DNA of 63,972 nt, the filler included, from Octopus bimaculoides (Eukaryota): NCBI RefSeq assembly GCF_001194135.2. It is 8 parts of 8 records of this genome, joined end to end, with 100 filler letters (N's around TTAATTAATTAA, not from the genome) between each part and the next. Parts side by side here need not be neighbours in the genome. Positions count along the whole stretch, not along the records: positions 36,338 to 54,070 come from NC_068998.1; 7 more parts are not named here. The stretch is one strand, 5' to 3'. A program made the position numbers and the translations under genes. Of the stretch, positions 37,921 through 50,251 are shown one piece after another (the stretch's first letter is position 1; each line of letters opens with the position of its first letter). Below the pieces are notes generated by a model. The model searched no databases, was not told the DNA's origin, and saw only the letters and a list, made by a program, of their open reading frames with translations.

Positions 37921-38599
37921 AAAGATCTCCACGTTGGCTGACAGTTTTAAAGAAAATTGTTTATTTTCGAAGTTATTTCGTGTTAAAGTTGTCGTATTTT
38001 GGTAATTTCAACCAATCAATGACGTCTATTGAGGTGAAAACAATTACTGCTGTGGTTTGTCAACAAGACGTTCTGGCGGTGTATATTTAGTTTGTCACTG
38101 TTATTTCTGATATATTTACATTTGAGATACACGTGTGTATAGTTTAATCAATTCAGTTATTAGTTATTTAAAAAAATTTATTTTGTTTGTGAAAGTATTT
38201 TCGTTTTGTTTTAGCGTTTTCGAAATTGCCTATTTTGGGATCTTTTCCCTTGAATAAAATTACTACCGTTGTTTGTCAACAACAACTATCGGCGGTGTAT
38301 ATTTCGTTTGCCACTGTTATTTATGACACCGTTCGTGCGTTTGTAAATATACACCACCGAAGTTGTTGTTGACAAACAACAGCAGTAATTGTTTTCACCT
38401 GAATAGACGTCATTGATTGGTTGAAATTACCGAAATACGACAACTTTAACACGAAATAACTTCGAAAATACACAATTTTCTCAAAAACGCCAAGAGTAAA
38501 TGATGTTTTATGCGACACATTCTACCAGTATACGAATTTTTAAAGTGTTTAGTTACAAAAAAATATTTTTTAAATATGCCAGCCAAAGGGAAAAGATCC
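37921..38599. mobile_element. Long-TIR (foldback-like) non-autonomous DNA transposon, rearranged copy of the 49165-50251 family
   Basis: Right end caaagggaaaagatcc at 38599; ~110-bp inverted pair 37960-38075 / 38365-38470; internal second terminus ggatcttttccctt at ~38239. Confidence 0.75.
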
Positions 38600-39580
38600 C
38601 CAGCGCGGAACTGGATAGGACAAAGCCTGGAAATGATCATCCAGGCTTCCCCAGATGACCTGAATATATCATCGTCGACACCACTGTGGTGGGTGAAAGG
38701 AAGTTGAGAGTAATGGTGGAGGACAGGAAGCTGTGATGCTTCAATTGTGGCTAGATGGGCCACATAAGAGCTGAATCCCCTCCCCCTGTTAAAATACCAG
38801 AGGCTTTATCGGAGGAGACCGCACTTCCACCCAGTGTGGCATCAAAGGCGGATGGAATACACGTTTAGGATCAGTGTAAACAAGTGAAAGCAACGAAAGA
38901 GTGTCGAGTGTAACCAAGAAAAGAAGCAGGAAACAAAGGAAGAAGCAGAATACCAGTGAGGAAGATTCCCAAACGAGACCACCCTATCCCCACTCTGTCC
39001 CCGCAAGCACCAACCCTCGCCATGCCCCACCAAACACCAGACCCGACCATGCCCCTATAAAAACATATACAGTCATGCCAGAGCCAAAATATCCCCACCT
39101 CACACCCAAGAAAAGTACCTTATGTTGGGTTACAAGATTAATGAACAGATGATGATGGAGTTAGACAATGCAAAGGACGTTGTAGAGGTGGAGTTGCATG
39201 ACCAATTCCCAGGAGCGATAGGTCCGGTCATTGGTGAGGATCTATATAATAGACTGCAAGTATGTGGGCGAGTTGAAAAACAATCCAGGGCAATTGTTAA
39301 ACAAGTGGATACAACTGGGATGAATTTAAGCGAAATTGTAAGTTTAAAAGAATTATATATAAAGGAATATAAAAACTGTTGTTAATGTGTAAATTAATAA
39401 TTGGTTAAAAAAAAAAAAAAGACTAAACGAAGTCGTTCGGAATGTGGAGTTTGAACGGCTGCCGTTCCACCCTTTCATCGAATTTTTTAATTTCTCATTC
39501 GCTTTATTTTTTTCCCATATATGTGTTTGTATGTCCTTGTGCTGTCTCCTCTGTGTTCAACCTTTATGGTTAATAAAAAA
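38600..39580 (+). mobile_element. L1/Tx1-family ORF1-only element (lineage D), 5' part lost
   Basis: RNWIGQSLEMIIQASPDDL..LRVMVEDRKL*CFNCG*MGHIRA zinc knuckle, distinct C-terminal domain ending at 39385, then ~200-nt 3' UTR ending cctctgtgttcaacctttatggttAATAAAAAA. No ORF2. Confidence 0.75.
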
Positions 39581-39599
39581 TCAATATATCAGTAATCTT

Positions 39600-41034
39600 T
39601 TTTGGAGTATCTTTTTTTTTGCTGCATGAGTTTGTAATGTCTACTGTCTGCTTTCGAATCTGTTCTTGCGCGTTCGTTTTTAAGCTTTTTTTAAAAATTA
39701 TTTTTTATTTTGTCTCTTTGTCCTTGCTGTGTGTTGCTTATGTTGTATATTCAGTGTTCTTTTTTGGGGTATCTTTTTCCTTTTTACTGTCTGCGTTTGT
39801 AATGTCTTTTGTCTGCGTTCGTATCTATTCTTGTGCATTCATTTTAAACTGTTTGTGTTTGTTGGAGGAAGAGTACGAGAACATTCTTCTTCCTCCCTGC
39901 AACTGACCATTCCTCATCACTTACCTCGGTAGATGTGGACAGTTCAGCTTCCTCCGGCGCGCAATTCTTCTCCACTGTATTCCCCGCCCCTCCCTGCTTC
40001 TCTTCCTCGTTAGGCTTCTCTTGCTGTTCCATTTGTTCATCCTATTTTTTTCCCCTGTGCTTCAGGCTGAAGGACCCGGGAGAACATTTACCTTATGTGC
40101 CCCTTCAGTCCGCACTCGAAACATCTTGCGATTCTGCCCTGGACCGAGACTTTCAGTATTTTCTCCTCCGGCAGAATTATAAATTCTGCAATTTGCTCCA
40201 GTTAGTCTGGTGTGGATTGAATTGTTGCCTGAAAACTCTTTCCACACCAGTTCTGCACTTTTTTGTCCTCGAACTCCAGCAGTGTCACCACCTTGATATT
40301 GGGGCAAGCGGCTGCCAGAAGCCACACCGGTCTCATTTTAGGTGGATAACCTTCTATTGCAATTTTTGTGGTTCTTTTGCCAAGATATGACGGCAAAAGA
40401 GTCAGCTCATTTGTCTGAAGGGTGATCGCGGAATCATCCCCAGCGACGTATTTTGACAGTACCTCCACAGTACCGAATTTCTTTCCTCTTTTCATATATG
40501 CCACCTTGCACAAAATAGGCTTTAGGGCCTTTCCAATTTCTTCGGTAGATGCTATCTCTATTTTCTTTCTTTTAAGACACAGCGTTCTATAAATTATCGT
40601 TCGTCTTCTTGTTTCCTCCATGACTTCCTTGGAGGGAGTCAACCTCACCTTTGGTCCCTCTCCCTGCAGAATTGTTTGAAACATTTCCACGGACTCTGGT
40701 CTGATCTTATATCTTCTTCGCTTACCGACCGCTACCGCATAATCTTCCACACTTTCTTCTGAGTCACTTTCGTACTGCGAGTCGGCTATCTTTATGAGCT
40801 CCGTCACGACATACAAATAGCTAGTCAATTTGTGGGGGCACAATTCCCACACAAACGCAAACAATTAGCCCCAAACAGAGGAACAGCAAGAGAACCAAGC
40901 CCGTTCAGGCGAACGTGTCAAACGACAGTTTTTAAACACGAGGTGGTTCCAAGGGGAACAACTGTAACAGAACAAAACAAAACTTTACTAATAAATAACC
41001 AACCGCAACACAAAGACGTACCTCGCCGACTTAG
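39600..41034 (-). mobile_element. L1/Tx1-family ORF1-only element (lineage A, copy A1)
   Basis: Leader 41034-40870; ORF 40864-40202 (EGPKVRLTPS..RGKKFGTVEV..LQTNELTLLPSYLGKRTTKI), homologous to ORF1 of the full element; knuckle remnant and QEQIRTQT repeats. Confidence 0.8.
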
Positions 41035-41460
41035 TTTTTATTAACCACATAGGGTCGAAACACAGAGGACAACAAAAGAACAGACAAAACACAAAAGTGG
41101 GGAAAAAATTAAAATCGAATGAAAAGAATGTTGATGATAAATTTTAAAAAAATGGAATGACTACTACACGTACCTCACACTCCAGTTAACGTCATTGAAC
41201 GTTTTTATAAAATTTTTTAACACGTGTTACTTTTTTTGTCTCTTTGTTCTTGCTTTGTGTTGCTTATGTTGTATACTAGCGTTCTTTTTTTTTGTGTATC
41301 TTTTTTTCCAGTCTGTGTTTGTAATGTCTTTTGTCTGCGTTCGAATATGTTCTTGTGCGTTTGTTTTTAAGCTTTTTTTTTATTTATTAATTTTATTTTT
41401 GTCTCTTTGTCCTTGGTGTCTGTAGCTTGTGTTGTATATTCAGTATTCTTTTTGGAGGTA
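41035..41460 (-). mobile_element. 5'-truncated lineage A copy (A2): C-terminal repeats, 3' UTR and AATAAAAA tail
   Basis: Same 3' UTR as 41463-41620 and 48232-48420. Confidence 0.75.
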
Positions 41461-41462
41461 TC

Positions 41463-42935
41463 TTTTATTAACCGCACAGGGTCGAAACACAGAGGGGACA
41501 GCACAAGGACAGACAAAACACAAAAGAGGGAAAAAATAAAATCGAATGTGGTGGAACGACGTCAACCCGAACCCCACACTTCAGATAATGTCAGTGAACA
41601 TTTTTAGAAAAAATGTTTTAAACAGTTATTTTATGTTTGTCTCTTTGTCTTGCTGTCTGTTGCTTGTGTTGTATATTCAGTGTTATTTTTCGGAGTAACT
41701 TTTTTTGCTGTCTGTGTTTGTAATGTTTTTGTCTGCGTTCTTATCTGTTCTTGTGCGTTTATTTTCGTCTCTTTGTTTTTACTGTGTGTTGCTTGTGGTG
41801 ATCTTCTTTTGGGTATCTTTTTCCTTTTAACTGTCTGCGTTTGTAATTCTTTTGTCTGCGTTCGTATCTGTTCTTGTGCATTCGTTTTAAAGCTTTTTGT
41901 GTTTGTTGGAGGAAGAGAATGAGAACATTTTCCCTCTTTCTCCCTGCAACTGACCATTCCTCATCATTTACCTCGGTAGATGTGGATGGTCCAGCTTCCT
42001 CTGACGCTCAATTCTCCTTCTCTACTGTCTTCTCTGCCTCTCCCTGCTTCTCTTCCTCTCCACCTGTAGCTTCCTTGTTAGGCTTCTCTTCTTATTCCTT
42101 TGGTTCATCCTGTTTTTCTTAGTGCTTCAGGCTGGAGGGACTGAGGGAACGTTTTACTTATGTGCCACTTCAGTCTGCACTCGAAACATCTTGCGATTTT
42201 ACCTTGGACTGAGACTCTTAGTTTTTTCTCATCCAACAGAATTATAAATTCTGCAATTTGCTCCAGGTCCGCTGGTGTGACGGGAATTGTCACCCGAAAA
42301 CTCCCGCCACACCAGTTCTGCACTTTTTCTCCTCGAACTTCAGCAGTGTCACCTCCACCTCGATATTGGAGCAAGCAGCAGCCAGAAGCCACGCCGGTCC
42401 TAATTTCAGGTGGATAACCTATTGCGATTTTTGTGGTTCTTTTGCCAAGATATGACGGTAAAAGTGTTTGCTCGTTCGTCTGCAGGGTGATCGCAGAATC
42501 ATCTCCAGCGACGTTTTTTGCAAGAATTGCAACTCTACAGTACCGAATTTCTTTCCTCTTTTCATATATGCCAACTTGAACAAAATAGGCTTTAGGGCCA
42601 TTCCAATTTCTTCGAGATATCGTCCTATAAATTATCGTTCTTCTTCTTGTTTCCTCCATGACATCCTTGCGGGGAGTCAACCTCAATTTTGGTCCCTCTC
42701 CCTGCAGAATTGTTTTAAAACTTTTCACGGACTCTGGCCTGATTTTGTATCTTCTTCGTTTACCGACCGCTGCCGCATAATCTTCGACACCTCCTTCTGA
42801 GTAGCTTTCGTACTGCGAATCGGCACTCTCCATGAGCTCCGCCACGTCATACAAATCACTAGTCATTTTGTGCGGGCATAATTCCCACACAATTCGCCCC
42901 AACGGGGGAACAGCGGGAGAGCCTACTCTGTTCAC
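41463..42935 (-). mobile_element. L1/Tx1-family ORF1-only element (lineage A, copy A3)
   Basis: ORF1 fragments 42974-42105 (..KLRVSVQGKIARCFECRLKWHISKTF), acidic/basic linker, ~40-aa repeats (41957-41631), 3' UTR and tail at 41463-41469. Confidence 0.82.
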
Positions 42936-43336
42936 TTTTTTATTGCCCACAAGGGGCCAACATAGAGGGGACAATACAACTGATATGAGGTTAGTGAACG
43001 AATGGAAAACACAAAATTATGACATAAAAATTTCACTTATATAAAGAACGAATGATAAGACAAACATAAATGACGTAAAGACATTACAGATGGAGTGGGG
43101 GTGGGTTTTCAGTTCGGACCCCACGAACCCCGCCTTACCACTGCTCCGGGTAGTAACCTATCTCGCATTCACGAGGGACCTTCCATACGCAATTTTCTTT
43201 CAACAATCTTCCATCTGTTTTTATATACTTCCTTAATCAGGCATCTTCTCTCCATCCCCATTTGTCTTTTAAGGTGGAATGTGAAGAAATTCACCAAATT
43301 GGGGCCCGGAGATGAAGTTGCCTAACTTTAACCCTT

Positions 43337-46300
43337 TCAATTTGTCTTCCATATCACCTGTTTCGCGACTGCTACTACAGAGAGAAAACAATTCTTACCT
43401 TCTTTCGTTAAGAAATCCGGCGGGTCAATTTTTATTACGGATTCAGTTGACAGCTGTATTCTTCCTCTACTTGACAACAGTTGTTCGGCGCAAACCCATA
43501 CATCAGACACCTCCTGACACTGAACAATAGCGTGCGGGGCGGTTTCCCTACCCCGTCCACATCTTGGACAGATAGGAGAGTCCTGGCCTCCATGCCTTGC
43601 ATGTTTGTCCCGAACAGGTAAGGTTCCACGGTAACACTGCCATGCCAAGGACTTCTGGAAGTTATCCAGTGCCCTCGGCCCGAATGTACGTTGGAACAGA
43701 CTGACCAGTTGGTTATCCTCAAAACCTAGGGTTACCCCCACTGTATCATCACATTTCGCCTCTACAAACCCGCTATAGAAGACAGCGGTGGAACCACTGT
43801 CGCAAGCCTTGCCCGAGCGGCGGAAAAGGTGGAGTGCCATTCGACACTCCGAGTACCATGTACCCAGTCTCGATCTACGATAGCTCCAAGTTTCCCGTCC
43901 ACCGAAACTAGTGAACTTGGGAAACATCAGTTTTGCCAGCGAAGACCACACCCGTTCACCACCCAGGTGCCTCAGCCTCAGCGCATGCCTGCGCATCAAG
44001 AGCCAAGGCATCCCTAGGCCACCCTTTAACGGTTGTTGGCAGCAAATAGAGCGTCTTACAAGCGGTTTCAAGCCCTGCCACAGAAAGTAGAAGAGGTGTC
44101 TTTCCAACTTGGTCAACCACGAATCAGGGCAAGGAACGACGGTTAGGCGGTAGGTGATGACCGATGCGATAAACACATTGGCTACCTCCACCCTCCCTTT
44201 CAGGGATAGCTGCCGCGAAAACCACGTCTTGGCTATGCCGGCCACCCTGCTCGATGCCTCGCCCCAGTTCTTCTCTATTTGGAGGTCTGGTCCATACCAA
44301 ACACCTAGCAACTTAATCGGACCCTCCGTCCAACGTCCCACGACGCTGTCTGGAGGCATCGACTTGCCTCTCCAGGTGCCGAGCTGCAAGCCGATTGACT
44401 TTTCACGATTAACCTTTGCTCCTGCCACCGTCTCGTAATCCTTAATGGTCTTGCCTACTTTCTGTAGGTGGTCCATTTCGGATACGATGGTGGTGATGTC
44501 ATCCGCGTAAGCCGAAACCGACGTTCCACAATCTGGCTGTCTCGGGATATCGCTCAGTTTTCGCAGTAATGGCTCAAGAGCCATCACATACAGAAGCGGG
44601 GAGAGCGGACATCCTTGACAAACCGAGCACTTGATGCTGAACGGCTTAGATAGAAAGCCGTTCACCCAAACTACCGAGTCGCTGTTGTCATACATTTGAA
44701 TGATCCACATGAGGAAACCAAGACCCAGAACGAAATGTGCCAGAATGGACACCAGGTAATGATGACCGACCCTATCAAAAGCTTTTGATTGGTTTAAATG
44801 GACCACCACCCTCCCTTGCCAGTACCGTTATCGAACCCCTCTTTCGTGTATCGTATAAGGTGGAGATTATCTTGAATGGATCTGTGGGGTATGGCACATG
44901 TCTGTACCCTTCCGATTAGTCCATCCGCGACACGCGCCAACCTTTTCGATAACATTGGCCAAAATCTTCAGCTCTACGTTAAGCAGAGTGATGGGCCTAA
45001 AATTATCGATGACATCCCCCTTGTCCTGGTCCTTTCTGACTAGCATCACCACTCCCCGGCGAACAGACCTGGGGATAAACCCATTCTGTTGCCAGTTCAC
45101 GTATACATTCGCCAGCAGGTGCCCGAACAAGTCCGGCATACTCTTATATAGTTCATAGGGTAGACCATCCAGTCCTAGCGCCCTACCCATGCTACAGTCT
45201 GCCATGGCCCCTATTACATCCTCAGGCGTGATCGGCCTCTCAATGCACCTCACATCTCGCTCCGGGAGACGCGGCAGCCCAGTGAGGAAGTTCGATAAGT
45301 CCCTCCTGCCATCCGGTCCATCGCCCCCTCCCCTAAAGAGCTGAGCGAAGTGGCCCTGAAAGGCCTTACAAATCTCCTCGGGTTCGTTTGTCAATTTACC
45401 TTGTTGGTTCGTCAAAGATTGAATAGTAGCATTGTTGCCACGCTGAGCTTCCACCGCTCGGGCCCATCTTGCGGCATTAATTCCCTCGCACCTCATCTTG
45501 CGGCATTAATTTCCTCGCACCCACGTTGTCTAGCCCTGACAATACTACCCAAGTGTTGGCTTTCGAGGTACTGATTTAAATCAGCCTCTTGGCCTTCACC
45601 TGAGCCGTAGTGCCAGTTCGCATTGCTTCCTCTAAGCCCTTAACTAGTACTGATCCCTTCTTTGCCTCTCTAGCCACTAAACCTACGATATATCTAATAG
45701 ACTCGTATTTAATGGCTCGCTTGAGGGCATACCACCATTTGTTGTTAACAATGGCTCCTGTTAGTGCCCTTTGGATCAACATCTTAATCCGGTATCTGTA
45801 CTTCTTAATCGCCAAAAGGGATGTATTAAGTTTCCAGTAGCCGGGACCTCTATTTACCTTATCTATGTCTAGCTTACACGTGACCATTTTATGATTACTG
45901 TAGCTGACCATGTAGAACTGTGGACACCTAGCTATCTTTGTATCTACTTTTCTAATTAATATTCTATGTGTGACTTGGAAAATCCGTCACTGCTTGACCA
46001 TGTCCACGATGGAGTGTTCGGATGTTCCAACCTATATGGATCTACCAGCTCGAAACGTCTTAGTAGATCCAGGAAGCAAGCATTACCTTTTCTATCAGTG
46101 CACGAGCCAACATAATCTACGCGCGCATCGCAGATTGTGTTAAAGTCTCCTAGTACAACTAAAGAATGTGATGTATCGAGAAACCTCTCTAAATTCAAAA
46201 AATAATCACTTTGCTCGACCCTTGTTGAGGTGCATAAATTGCCACCAGTCTGATGGTCTTACCACGGCTGCACGTCAACTCGATGACGATTAGCCTACCC

Positions 46301-46422
46301 TCTGGGGATGAAAAAAATCCACGCACATTTACACACCCTACGTGAATGCAAGACTTACCTTCATTTGTGTTTTTTCCCTTCTTGTTCGGGGTTCGTGGGG
46401 TTTGACATAGGTCCCTGTACAT
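43337..46422 (-). pseudogene. ORF2 of the Tx1-like element (frameshifted APE + reverse transcriptase)
   Basis: Fragments 46422-46195, 46198-45956, 45911-45576, 45496-44867 and 44809-43337 (490 aa open); a ~29-bp tandem duplication near 45466-45520 breaks the frame. Confidence 0.9.
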
Positions 46423-46762
46423 GGAGATAAGTTCAATCTCGGAGGACCTATGTCTTTTGGGTATGAGTCCTTTAGGATCCGATAGTTCATTTCGTCTATT
46501 TTGTAAATTGTGATGTTTTCTGGGATTGTGTGGTGGTGTTTGAATTTTTCTGCGGTGCAGATCTTCTTTAATTGGCAGGTCAGACTCTCGTTTTCATTGT
46601 TTATCGACACTGTTACCGTTTTGAATTCTTCGACATTTTTGGTGGGGTGGGCAGGAGAGGAGGGGGAGAGGGGGTCGGGAGGGAAGGAAAATCCTTTTCG
46701 TTGAGGGAGGGGAGTGGGGATACCCTCTGGTATCTGGGGCTGGACGGGGGGATTCTGGTGTT

Positions 46763-47641
46763 CTATGGGGGGAGTGGTGAGAGAGTTATTTCTCTTTTCC
46801 CCGTTGGGGCTTTCTTTTTGGATGTACTGGGGGTGGGTGCAGTCAGCCTAGTATTTTTCCTCTTTGAGGTCTTTTTTGGCCTCACTTCCTGCCAACTTTC
46901 TTTGTCCCCCGCTTGTTGTATTTCCTCCGTGCCGGGGTCCTGGTGGTTTGTTTTTTGGTTTTGCTGGTCCTCTTTGTTTTCTTCTTCCTTTCTGAGGGTT
47001 GGGCAATAGGCTCGAATGTGGCCCTTTTCCCCACATTCATAACATCTGAGCCTCCTCCCCTCCACCATCACTCGCAGAGTGGTTTCCTCGCCAATATATA
47101 TATTTTCTACAATGTCTTCTAAAGTCTGTGGGGCTACCTGGATAATTACCTCCAGCCCCTGACCTCGCCATATTTGTTGTTGGATCCTTGACGCCTCAAT
47201 TATAGTTATTTTATCTTCTAACCCCATTAGGAGCGCTGAACATAACCATGAGACGTCTATCTCAGGAGGTATTTCGTCTATCGTAATTTTTGACGTTCTT
47301 CTTCCGAGGCATGTGGGTAGTAATACTATCTCATTGGTTCTCAACGGCGATATTGAGTGTTTTTTTGCTTTCTCTTTCTCCTTGAAATATACGACAACCG
47401 TGGCATATTTTCTTCCTCCGGTTATGAACTCTATGTCACTCCAGATTAGTTGTAGACACTTTTCTATTTGTTCACGAGTTGCTTTTTCAATCATGTTTTC
47501 TTTTATTATCATTGTTTTGAATACTATGATTCTCTTTTGCGTTTGTTGTATCAGTTCGCTTGGGAGGGTCGCATTTATGTCACACCCCTCCCTTGCAAAC
47601 ATATTTGTGTGTTTCAATAACACGCTTGGTTCAATACACAA
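46763..47641 (-). CDS. ORF1 (RNA-binding/zinc-knuckle protein) of the Tx1-like element
   Basis: 292-aa open frame with a CCHC knuckle; probably continues after a lesion into 46610-46338. Confidence 0.75.
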   Translation of the reverse strand: MCIEPSVLLKHTNMFAREGCDINATLPSELIQQTQKRIIVFKTMIIKENMIEKATREQIEKCLQLIWSDIEFITGGRKYATVVVYFKEKEKAKKHSISPLRTNEIVLLPTCLGRRTSKITIDEIPPEIDVSWLCSALLMGLEDKITIIEASRIQQQIWRGQGLEVIIQVAPQTLEDIVENIYIGEETTLRVMVEGRRLRCYECGEKGHIRAYCPTLRKEEENKEDQQNQKTNHQDPGTEEIQQAGDKESWQEVRPKKTSKRKNTRLTAPTPSTSKKKAPTGKREITLSPLPP

Positions 47642-49164
47642 TTTTTCCTTTATTCCTGCGGCAGCAGCAAAGTTTACTTTGTTTTTTTCAGATTGGTTTC
47701 CATTTTCAACTTGGTTTTCATTTTTTGACGAATCTATTTTTCCATAGTTGTTTCGTTTTTTGACATATTATTTTTTTCTTTTGTTGAAGGCACGTCTTTT
47801 AACATTCATTGTTTTTTGATAACAAAAATTAATTATTTATTTTCCCCTCCTTACGGAGGGGAACAACAGTTCACTACGTCTGTCGAGAGACAGCACACAG
47901 GCTTCAACAATTCAACAAGCAAACAAATAATGTAGATCCAACAACAATTAAATAACTTTAAACAACTTACAGTAAAAACAGACGGCAAACGCAAAACTCC
48001 ACAGTTGGTACTCAAAAATTTTTCACAACTCACCACTCTCCAGCCCACATAATCACGTTCCAGCCAATTCGAAAAATCGGGAGAGCCTAGCCTGTTCGGA
48101 CGAACAATGTATCAAGTCGCTTATAGTTTTTAGACACGAAGTAGTCTCAAAGGGAACAACTGCAACAACACGACGTCAAACAACTAATAAATAACCAACA
48201 GAAACACACAGGCGTACCTCACCGACTGCTATTTTTTATTAACCACACTGAGTCGAACACAGAGGTGACAGCACAGACAGACAAAACACAAAAGTTGGGA
48301 AAAATAAAATCAAATGAAAAGAATGGAAATCATAAATGAAAAGGTGGAACGATGTCAACTCGAACCCTGCAGTACAGGTAACGTCACTCAACATTTTTAG
48401 AAAAAAATTTTAAACAGATATTTAATTTTTGTTTCTTTGGTCTTACTGTGTGTTGTATATTCAATGATCTTTTTTAGGGAAACTTCTTTTTCTGTCTGTG
48501 TTTGTAATGTTTTTGTCAGCATTCGTATCTGTTCTTGTCTGGGGTATCTTTTTCCTTTTTGCTGTCTTTTGTCTGCGTTCGTATCGGTTCTTGTGCATTC
48601 GTTTTTAGCTTTTTGTGTTTGTTGGAGGAAGAGAACGAGAACTTTTTTCCTCTTCCTCTCTGCAACTGACCATTCCTCATCACTTACCTCGGTAGATGTG
48701 GACGGTCCACCTTTCCCCGGCGCGCAATTCTCCTCCACTATCTTCTCCGCCTCTCTCTGCTTCTCTTCCTCCTCACCTGGAACTTCCTTGTTAGGCTTCT
48801 CTTGCTGTTCCATTTGTTCATGCTGTTTTTTCTTTGTGCTTCAGGTTGAAGGGTTTCGGGTCACGTTTTCCTTATGTGTTCGTTTGTCTGCAGGGTGATC
48901 GCGGAATCATCCCTGGCGTCATATTCTGACATGAATTGTACCTCCAATGTACCGAATTTCTTTCTTCTTTTCATAAATGCCACCTTGTACAAAATAGGCT
49001 TTAGGGCCTTTCCAATTTCATCGGTAGACGCTGTCTCTATTTACTTTGTTTTAAAAGGTAGTGTTCTATAAATTTTTGTTCTTTTTCTTGTTTCTTCTGT
49101 GGTTTCTTTGGTGGGGGTTAATCTCACGTTTGCTCCCTCTCCCCGCACAATTGGTTGAAATATG

Positions 49165-50251
49165 GGATCTTTTCCCTTTGAACGGCACATCGAGAAATTA
49201 ATTATTTGTAACTAAACACTTTCAAACTTCGGATACTGGTAGAATGTGTCATATAACACATCTTTTACTCATAGTGTTGTTGAGAAAAGTTTATATTTTT
49301 AGAGTTATTTCGTGTTAAAGTTGTTGTATTTCGGTAATTTTAACCAATCAATGACGTATATTCAGCTGAATAAAATTACTGCGTTGTTTGTCAACAACAA
49401 CTATCGGCGGTGTATATTTCGTTTGTCACTGTTATTTATGACATCATTCGTGCGTTTGTACTGGTTTTAGCTTTAGGGTTTTAGAGTTAGGGTTAGGTTT
49501 TTAGGGTCAGGGTTAGGGTTTTAGGGTCAAGGTTAGGGTTTTAGGGTTAGCGATAGGGTTTTAGAGTTAGGGTTAGGGTTTTAAAATTAGGGTTAGGGTT
49601 AGGGTTTTAGGATTAGGGTTAGAGTTTTAGGGTCAGAGTTAGGATTTTAGGGTTAGGGATAGGGTTTTAGAGTTAGGGTTAGGGTTTTAAAATTAGGGTT
49701 AGGGTTAGGGTTAAAGTTTTAGGGTTACGGTTAGGGTTGGGGTTTTAGGGTTAGCGTTAAAGTTGGGATTTTAGGATTAGAGTTACGGAAAAATGTGAAA
49801 AATTAATAAATTGGAACGGGAGGGGGCAAAAATGTCTTTCCAAAAACAGTAGCTGAAAAACAGGAAAAAAAAAAGCTAAAAGCAGTAGAAATGCACGAAC
49901 GATTGTGGTGGTGCCATGAAGTAAACATGCTTCAGATACACTCGTTTATTCATACAAACGTAACTGAGATGAAATATGTCATAAATAACAGTGACAAGCG
50001 AAATATACACCGCCGGAAGTTGTTGACAAACAACTACAGCAATTGTTTTCACCTCAATAGACGTCATTGATTGGTTGAAATTACCGAAATACAACTTTAA
50101 CACGAAATAACTTCGAAAATACACAATTTTATCAAAAACGCCAAGAGTAAATGATGTTTTATGTGACACTTTTTTACCAGTATACGAGTTTTGAAAGTGT
50201 CTATTTACAAAAAATTATTTTTTAAATGTGCCGGCCAAAGGGAAAAGATCC
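49165..50251. mobile_element. Non-autonomous DNA transposon with ~280-bp TIRs, 8-bp TSD and an internal telomere-like array
   Basis: Termini GGATCTTTTCCCTTTG / CAAAGGGAAAAGATCC; TSD gaaatatg at 49157-49164 and 50252-50259. Confidence 0.9.
49463..49790 (+). repeat. Degenerate interstitial telomere-like array (TTAGGG / TTTTAGGG)
   Basis: Directly visible; a ~55-bp block (atagggttttagagttaggg..aaaattagggttaggg) recurs ~108 bp apart. Confidence 0.92.

Larger units (their letters stand above)
42936..48231 (-). mobile_element. Full-length but decayed L1/Tx1-clade LINE (lineage B): leader/5' UTR, ORF1, ORF2 (APE-RT-CCHC), 3' UTR
   Basis: ORF1 47641-46763 with CYECGEKGHIRAYC; APE (CVNVRG..VAIYAP..VVLGDFN..WTWS..VSYSNHKMV..GPGYWKLNTSLL); RT (GLDGLPYELY..NFRPITLLNVELKILA..QSKAFDRV..QGCPLSPLLY..YADD); C-terminal CPRCGRGRETAPHAIVQC; tail AATAAAAAA at 42944-42936. 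Confidence 0.93.

Noticed and set aside
39800-41880. gtatctgttctt match to U2 snRNA, suggesting Keno-like U2 targeting
   Set aside because: Only 12 nt, and it is the antisense of the QEQIR codons in the ORF1 repeat; no other U2 sequence present.
49463-49790. Relic chromosome end or fusion site
   Set aside because: The array is enclosed by TIRs and an 8-bp TSD and is single-orientation, with no head-to-head junction.
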